The notes under the pieces were generated by a model. It was not told where the DNA came from. It did not search any database and worked only from the letters and a program-made list of their open reading frames with translations. A DNA stretch of 64,000 nucleotides from Lepidodermella squamata (taxonomy: Eukaryota; Animalia; Gastrotricha), in the NCBI GenBank assembly GCA_047495785.1, contig JBLDXI010000032.1, positions 2,728,001-2,792,000 of the forward strand, written 5' to 3'. The translations under genes and the position numbers were made by a program. Of this stretch, positions 56,502-64,000 are shown one piece after another; within the stretch, counting starts at the first letter, position 1, and every line of letters begins with the position of its first letter.

Positions 56502-59500
56502 TCATCCTGATGTGCAGATCGTTATCAGACATCCAGTTCTGTCGGCTCCTTTCTCAATCAAAATCCTTATTGCGTTCATATTGGCGTCTGGTCTCGAAGC
56601 AGCCCAACTTAAAGCACTGACGTTGTTATCCGACTTATTGTTTATATTCGCTCCAGCGTCGATGAGGATTTTCAGCAGCTCCACTTTGTTGAGAAAGGCA
56701 CTCCAAGATAACGCCGTTCGACCCATTGAATCACGCTGTTCCACGTTAGCTCCGCGTTCAATCAATAACTGAACGATCTTCTCGGCATTTTGCGATGCAT
56801 TAATCACAGCAGCATGAAGAGCAGATAGACCCATGTTTGTCGCAGCGCTAATGTTCGCACCTCGATTTAGCAAAGACCTAACAGCGTCAAATTTGCCACT
56901 TCGAGCCGCGAAGATCAGCGCAGTTTCGCCGTCAATGTTCTTCATCTCCATTTCTGCGCCACTTTCCAGCAGCAATCGCAAGGAAGGTACATTCCCGTTC
57001 TCCGCAGCCATCATCAGTGCTGAATCGCCGTTTGTTGCTTCTTGGAAATTTCGATCCGCCCCAGCTTCAACCAGCTGACGGACAATGTCGATGTTAGCAT
57101 TACAAGCTGTTGCCTTATGAAGTGCTGAAGCCAATGTCATCGTCCGGTTGTTTCGACATGAACTAAAGGGAATAGGGTCTCGCCAATCCACGTCGAAGGC
57201 AACCCCGCTGTAACGAAGGCCTAAGATTCGCGTGACTTCATTCGAATTCCCGCTAGCAGCCGCTCTATGCAGCATCATGTTATAATCATCAGACGGCATA
57301 ATAGCAATTCTCTGAGTTGTAGTAGTAGTTGTGGAAGTGGTCGTAGCAGGAAGAGTTCTAGCAAGCGGTCGGCAGATACCAGGCGTGGACCATTCGCCAG
57401 TTGCGAGGCAGGTCAAGTTAGCCGCTCCTAGAATCTGAAATCCAGTCCTGCAAACCAGTGTGCGAGTTGCACCGACGCTAAAATTTGTACTAGCCAACGA
57501 TTCGGGGCTTAAAGAAGCTCCGGATGCGTCCAGCGTGGCTCGAGGAACCTCTCGGCACAAAACCGGGGCCTTCGTTGTAGCTGAGGCTGATTGAGTTGTA
57601 TCAGATTGTTCACAAAACCCAGGCGGCATACTCCATTCTCCATTTGGTTGGCATGTTACCGTGACCTGAGCCTGCCCCATCAGCCTGAAGCCGGGCTTAC
57701 AAGTGAGCATTATAGTCGCCCCAATGCTCGTGTTTGCAGCGGCATATTCGGCATCAGTCACAGCGAAATTTCCAAGATCAAACACGAATTTCGGAGGCAG
57801 CGGACAGCTTGTAATTCTTGGTAGTAGTGTGGTGGCTCGAGGTGTTGTAGCTTCAGGAGCGGCTACGCACATTCCTGGCATAGTCCATTCTCCATTAGGC
57901 TGACACGTTACCGTTACCTGAGCTTGCCCCATCAGTTTGAAACCGGGCTTACAACTAAGAACTTTCGATGCCCCTATGCTGGTGTTCGAAGAGGCATATT
58001 CAGCGTCAGTCACAGCAAAATTTCCAAGATCAAACATGAACTTCGGGGGCAATGGACAGCTTGTGATTTTTGGCGCTGATGTGGTGGCTCGAGGTGTTGT
58101 AGCTTCAGGAGCGGCCACACACATTCCAGGCATAGTCCATTCACCATTCGGCTGGCACGTCACCGTAGATGAACCCATAATCTGGAAACCAGGTTTACAT
58201 GCCAGATACTTTGTAGCTCCGATACTAGTGTTTGCGGATGCATACTCAGCGTCAGTTACCGCAAAATTACCCAGGTCAAATAGAAATTTCGGAGGTAGCA
58301 TACAGTTCATTATCTTTGGTATTGCAGTGCTGGTTCTAGGTATTGCGGTTGTTGCTGCAGCTATCGTTGTAGGCGGGACTGCAGTACACATTCCTGGCAT
58401 GGTCCACTGACCATTCGGTTGGCACACGACTCTCGAAGGACCATTGGCTTGAAATCCTTGTCGGCATTTCAATTCTTTGGTCGCTCCAACAGAGTTATTT
58501 AAAGTTTTATACTCTGCGTCTGACATTTCAAAATTAGCAAAGTCGAACATTGATTTCGGAGGAACTGGACACAGAACGAGCGGCTTTATAGTGGTCACAG
58601 TCGAGGTTAATCCAGCTGTTGTAACTGCAAGTTTGATGGTTGAAGTGGAAGACAGCTGTGTGACTCTAGGAGATGTCTCCGAACCCTGCACGCACATTCC
58701 GGGCATCGTCCACTCACCATTCGCTTGGCATGTTACGCTAGATGGTCCCATTATCTGAAATCCCGGCTTGCAGTTCAGTGTTTTTATCGCTCCGATGCTC
58801 GTGTTTGCAGATGCATATTCAGCATCAGTAACCGCGAAGTTACCCATGTCAAACAGGAATTTAGGAGGTAAAGTGCAGTTCAAAATCTTCGGCTGAGGTA
58901 CTGTGGTCCAAGAAGTACTGGTTCTAGCCGCAGTTGTAGCCGCAGATGGCGTTGTTTGAGATATCGCGCTACACATACCCGGCATGGTCCACTGCCCATT
59001 CTGTTGACAAACCACTCTCGGGGGCCCATTCACTTGAAATCCAGGTTTACATTTCAGCTCCTTAGTCGCCCCTACAGAGTTGTTAAAACTGTTGTAATCT
59101 GCGTCCGTTATCAGAAAATTAGCAAATTCGAACACGGATTTTGGAGGGACTGGACAAAGCACAGGTGCCTTCGTAGTAGTTGAAATGGAGGACGATCTAG
59201 GGGTAGCAGCCTTTGATGTCGACGAAGACTGCGAGACTCGAGAAGTTGTTTCTGTAGCTGGAACACAAAGCCCGGGCAACGTCCATTCTCCATTCGGTTG
59301 ACATCTTACCACAGACGGGCCGACAATTTGGAACCCTGGAAGGCACTGCAGCTCTCTTGATGCCCCGACTGAGGTGTTGGCTGTTTCGTAATCTTCCTCC
59401 GTAACATCGAAGTTTCCTAGCTCAAACAAGATAAACGGAGGTAGAATGCACTGAACAGCTGGTTTAGTGGTTGTTATAGTCGTAACTGGAGCTGATGTCG

Positions 59501-59777
59501 AGTTGAAGGTGAAGGCGACAAAGCCTGGGGTGGTTGCTCGAACACACTCCCCACTCTTGGTCCATTCGCCGTTAGGTAAACAGGTCACATTAGAGGGCCC
59601 TGAAATGATGAAACCCGGTTTACATTTAGGCTGCCAGCTAGCCCCAACGCTCGAATTTACGGCAGCCAAATCAGCGGCTGACACAGCAAAATTATACATT
59701 TCAAACGCGAATGGAGGTGGCAGTTGACACTTGCTCGTTGAATTTGTTTCCTTAGCAGTCAAATTCGTAGTTATAGG
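56502..59777 (-). CDS. Large terminal exon: 9 sushi/CCP repeats + ~7 ankyrin repeats (likely spliced to exon 62984-60333)
   Basis: No ATG or signal peptide of its own; phase-0 acceptor TTTTTAACAG ending at 59778; repeats C..PP...C.PGF...G...VTC..NGEW...G.C; ankyrin motifs SALMMAAENG, TALIFAARSG, LLxxGA. Confidence 0.85.
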   Translation of the reverse strand, partial: PITTNLTAKETNSTSKCQLPPPFAFEMYNFAVSAADLAAVNSSVGASWQPKCKPGFIISGPSNVTCLPNGEWTKSGECVRATTPGFVAFTFNSTSAPVTTITTTKPAVQCILPPFILFELGNFDVTEEDYETANTSVGASRELQCLPGFQIVGPSVVRCQPNGEWTLPGLCVPATETTSRVSQSSSTSKAATPRSSSISTTTKAPVLCPVPPKSVFEFANFLITDADYNSFNNSVGATKELKCKPGFQVNGPPRVVCQQNGQWTMPGMCSAISQTTPSAATTAARTSTSWTTVPQPKILNCTLPPKFLFDMGNFAVTDAEYASANTSIGAIKTLNCKPGFQIMGPSSVTCQANGEWTMPGMCVQGSETSPRVTQLSSTSTIKLAVTTAGLTSTVTTIKPLVLCPVPPKSMFDFANFEMSDAEYKTLNNSVGATKELKCRQGFQANGPSRVVCQPNGQWTMPGMCTAVPPTTIAAATTAIPRTSTAIPKIMNCMLPPKFLFDLGNFAVTDAEYASANTSIGATKYLACKPGFQIMGSSTVTCQPNGEWTMPGMCVAAPEATTPRATTSAPKITSCPLPPKFMFDLGNFAVTDAEYASSNTSIGASKVLSCKPGFKLMGQAQVTVTCQPNGEWTMPGMCVAAPEATTPRATTLLPRITSCPLPPKFVFDLGNFAVTDAEYAAANTSIGATIMLTCKPGFRLMGQAQVTVTCQPNGEWSMPPGFCEQSDTTQSASATTKAPVLCREVPRATLDASGASLSPESLASTNFSVGATRTLVCRTGFQILGAANLTCLATGEWSTPGICRPLARTLPATTTSTTTTTTQRIAIMPSDDYNMMLHRAAASGNSNEVTRILGLRYSGVAFDVDWRDPIPFSSCRNNRTMTLASALHKATACNANIDIVRQLVEAGADRNFQEATNGDSALMMAAENGNVPSLRLLLESGAEMEMKNIDGETALIFAARSGKFDAVRSLLNRGANISAATNMGLSALHAAVINASQNAEKIVQLLIERGANVEQRDSMGRTALSWSAFLNKVELLKILIDAGANINNKSDNNVSALSWAASRPDANMNAIRILIEKGADRTGCLITICTSG

Positions 59778-59924
59778 CTGTTAAAAAGACAACAATTTAT
59801 AGTCGAGGTTCAATTTTATTTCGCACGTAAATTATTGCCTTGCGTTATCCAATGAGATAAATCAAATCAACGGGATGTTTGATTTAGAGTGACGTAACAC
59901 GAATAAATATAGGATGGAGTGTCT

Positions 59925-62900
59925 TTAGTGCCAATTAGCTCCGTTGGATAACAAGGCAATAATTACGGCCAGGACTATTACCATTGTTGTCGCGATTGTT
60001 GTAGCAGCTGATGAGGAATTTCTTGCTACGGATGCTTCACCGCGAATGCATCTTCCGGCGATTGTCCACTGCCCGTCAGGCTTGCAAGCAATTACGTTGG
60101 GGCCAGTTAGTTGCGGTAAGTTTGGTAGACAAGTCAAGACGATTGTATCGCCAACAGCATAATCTTTCCGGCCCCGGTCTGATGGCGATAATTCGAAACC
60201 GAGCCTCGTGATGAGAGGCACTGGAGGAGACATGCAAGCAGCAAATTTCACGGCTGATGTTGTAGAGGTTGTACTAACCTAAGACATCAAAATTTCCACT
60301 CAACCAAAATTGAAAAAAACTCGAAAAAATACCGTTGAGGTTGACGCCAGCATGCATAGCCCTGACGTAGTCCACTCTCCGTTTTGTTGGCAAGTCATAA
60401 CGCTGGAACCAACCAATTGATAACCAGGCTTACAATTGATAACCCGAGTGGCGCCAACTGAAGTGTTTGCTGACGAATATTCAGCCTCAGTCATTAGGTA
60501 ACCACCCGCGTCGAGCAAAGCCATAGGAGGAAGAGGGCATTTGATTATCACAGTGGCGGAAGTGGTCGATGTAACTACAGCTCTACTAGCAGTAGTAGCT
60601 GTTGAACTTGAAATCTGGGTTCCATTAGGTAAGTTGGTCGAAACTTGGGCTTGAGCTATAGGCTGACCCAATGTTGTTGGCGCTGGGAGGCAAGCCCCAG
60701 GTACAGACCATTCGCCGTTCTGTTGACAAGTAGTTCGAGCTGGGCCGATTAATTGGAAACCAGGGCGGCATTTCAGCTCCCGCGTTGCCCCGACACCCGT
60801 ATTAGCCGTAGCATACTCAGAGTCAGTAACTGCGTAATTTCCTAGCTGAAATTGAGCTTTTGAAGGTAACGGACAGGTGACTCTTGGCGCACTGGTCGTT
60901 GCGGCTGGGACACACATACCCGGCATAGTCCATTCGCCGTTTCGTTGGCAAGTAACCCGAGAAGGTCCGTTAACTTGGTACCCAGGTTTGCAAACCAGAT
61001 CACGCGTGGCTCCTATTTTGTTATCTGCATTCGCGTACTCCTCATCAGTAACAGCAAAATTGCCCAGGTCAAACAAAAATTTCGGCGGCAATGGGCAGCT
61101 GGTAGGACCTGAAGATTGTGTGGTCGTGACAGCTACACAAGAACCACCTATGCTCCAGTCCCTATTCGGCTGGCATTTCAGGATAGCATTTCCGGAGAGT
61201 TGGTAACCAGGCTTACAGACTAATGTTCTCGTCGCGCCAACTGTGATGTTAGCCGAATCGTAATCCTCATCACTCATCACATAGTTAGCCATGTCGAGCT
61301 GGTATTTGGTTGGTAGGGGGCATGTTACGACATCAGAAGCCGGTCTTCGAGTGGTCGTAGCAGGGATTTCCACACACAACCCAGGCATGGTCCACTCTCC
61401 ATTAGGTTGACAAGTAACTTTAGAAGGGCCGGAGATTCGGTATCCAGGTTTGCATGTCAGCTCTTTAGATGCCCCAACACTGTTGTCGACGGTATCATAC
61501 TCCTGTTGAGTAACAGCGAAATTTCCGAGTTGGAAAAGAATCAAAGGTGGCAGAGGGCATTTTATTCCACTGTCCAATGGTGCCGAAGGCTTTGAAGTAA
61601 CTGCTAGTGTTGTTCTAGCTTGGGTTACTCTCGCAGTCGTTGTAGGAGGCGCTGAATCACCCGGAACACACATTCCAGGCATTGTCCATTGGCCATTTTG
61701 CTGACAAGTTACCCTATTAGAGCCATCGATTCTATAGCCCGGTTTGCAATTCAAAACTCGAGTAGCACCGACATTTGTATCAGCCGATGCATACTCAGCT
61801 TCGGTAACTGCGAAATTTCCCAGTTCAAACAAGAAGATAGGTGGTAAGGGACATTTCACTGCAGCTTGAGCTAGTGTAGTAGGTCTTCCAGTAGTTACGG
61901 AACTCGGTACGCAAGGGCTAGGCTGAGTCCATGATCCGTTATTCAAGCAAACTATGAAATCAACACCAGATTGAACTCGACCCCCAGCTGTGCAGGTAAT
62001 TCGACGAACTGAGCCGATTTCCGTTGAGCCAGATCCCAAAGTTCCGCCGTTAATCACAGGAGTGGGTCCGCAGTTCTTTGGGACGTCAGTTTGAGCTACA
62101 GAAATTGCAGGTAGAGACGTTATTTGGGTGCATTGCCCGACTCTTGGTTTCCAGCTCCCATTCGACATACATACGCCGGATTCGCTTCCGTTAGTGATGT
62201 CATAGCCGACAGGACATTGAATTGTAATCGAAGTCTCAACTTGAAGCCTCCGACCTCCGAACTCAGCTCCTCTAATCGCCGCATCGTTAATCACCAGCTT
62301 AGTTCCGTTGATCAAAGGCGGGATGGTGCACATCATTCCGTTGGGTCGAGTCACTGCCGCCGAATTCGAGGCATCGGACCCTGGCTTACACTCGCCCAGT
62401 AAAGGCCTCCATTGCCTCGAGGATACGCAAACGCCGGTCGAGCTTCCACCTGCTATTGAGTAACCGGTTGGGCATTTTATAGTCACTGCAGTTTCCATCG
62501 AGACCTTTTTGCCACTGAATTCAGGCCCTCGGATTACTCCGTCGTTAATCACGAATTGAGCGCCCTGGGGGATTGTTGGCATAGTGCACATGACTATGGC
62601 TGGGTTAGCTGGGCCTTTCCCGCCGCCGTCCAGAGATGAGATCGGTCGCTGCGGCGCTTCGTTAGTCTTTTCTTCGCAGTCGACGAGTTCAGGCTCCCAT
62701 CTTCCGCCGGGTAGACAGGTTGACGTTTGAACTGTTTTGTACTGGCGTCTTTCGAGTTCTATGCCAAAACCTTCGGCGCAAGAAACTTCAAGAGTCGACC
62801 CTTCCACGGCGAAAGACGCGTCCGGTCCTACTGGGTCGGCTAGACCCACCGGCCGGTTGACAACCAGGTATTCGCTGTTCTCGATTTTCGGCAGTTGGCA

Positions 62901-62984
62901 TGTCCGTTGAGCAAAAGTTGCGATTACGTAAAAATTTGCTACCGTTAAGACAGCAGTCAAGACGTGATCACAAATGCGTTTCAT
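59925..62984 (-). CDS. Sushi/CCP-repeat surface protein (11 CCP, C-terminal TM/GPI-type hydrophobic tail), 2 exons
   Basis: Signal peptide; 10 CCP repeats in exon 62984-60333; intron 60279-60332; last exon has 1 CCP and the tail MVIVLAVIIALLS. Confidence 0.88.
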
Positions 62985-64000
62985 TGTAGTAATGTCATGA
63001 ACGCAACAATTTTTTGTAACGTATTGCAGTGTACAAGACGTTAAATCCGCCTATTGTGATGTGAGTGCGCGGGCGAGGCGACAATTTAGTGAAAACAATA
63101 CACACACCTATCAATGAATGAGTATTTGTTAAGCCGAAGGCAAAAATGGTCTCTTGATGCTATTGCCGTGTTTAATGATTTGTAACACATCTCACGTCAG
63201 GCTAATGAGCTAATCTTCTTTCCGTGTGTGCGTTTAGTGTGATGGAAGCTTAACGAAAAAAGCGTCGGCTTCAAGGGCAAGTACCTGCTCTTAAAAGCCC
63301 ATGAATACATGTGGATGAACGCCCTCGACATGAGCCGTTTTATCCATATATTTCCTGCTGGTGTAAACTGAAATGAACCTTACGTGGAAACTGGGTGCAA
63401 TTATAAAAATGCGACATGTCGCGTTTTTTATTATCTTTGAGGATTAAGATGTTTGTTTGTTTGTCGACATGGCGCACAGGTTATTTCATGCGCAAACATG
63501 TTCAACATTTCCCTGCAAAAAACTGGCACGTGTCACCATGCGAATGTCTCTCAACAAATTCAGCAGGAAGCGGTTAAACCGAACTGTTCGATTGAATCTC
63601 CAGGGTTGGGCCTGTATCTGGAACGAGCTTTTCTAAATGAATGCAACGGCTTTGTTAACTAAAATGTAGTAAAAACAAGAAAAATGAGGTGAATAAATCA
63701 CAAAAGCCATCATATCATTTCCTTCATTTCATATTGACCAGCTTTCTCGATTCAATGAAACTTTCGAATTTTCTGTAACCAGAATGCATCACTGCACTTT
63801 TGTATCCAATCTAGCGAGAAGCTGGTATGAAGATAGATTAATGTTTACACACTAGCACTGATGTGCCAAGGACATCTCTAGAACTATGTTTTACGCCTCT
63901 CAAGTAATGAGTTTAGCAAATAAAGAGTATCGCGGAAGTTTTATCTAATGCAAATAGTACTCGATGTTGTATAAAATAGTGGAAACAGCGATAAGACACG

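Overview
Gene-dense eukaryotic DNA with mostly ~50-60 nt GT-AG introns. It is metazoan, judged by the histone stem-loops, nuclear receptor, Cys-loop channels and a TRPM fragment; the phylum cannot be fixed from sequence alone. In order: TBL3/UTP13; two intronless paralogues resembling giant-virus-type Vsr-like PD-(D/E)xK endonucleases; a Myb/SANT-like gene; a 190-bp-arm perfect palindrome; a divergent nuclear receptor with an in-frame TAA in its DNA-binding domain; a SEA-like secreted protein; an H3-H4/H2A-H2B quartet with stem-loops and an unusual conserved downstream element; three secreted paralogues (unrecognised domain plus Kunitz-like domain); an SLC17 transporter; an orphan TRPM 3' fragment. 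From ~28 kb a lineage-specific block interleaves six secreted stefin-like cystatins (1-5 domains), seven divergent Cys-loop channels sharing an extra Cys pair, and two phytochelatin synthases, one hit by a CACTA-like element. In both synthases the C-terminal domain is a catalytically dead duplicate of half the catalytic domain. The window ends with a sushi/CCP locus that appears to have alternative terminal exons (membrane-anchored versus secreted sushi-ankyrin). Several MITE-like elements are present. All calls rest on manual motif recognition; no searches were run.
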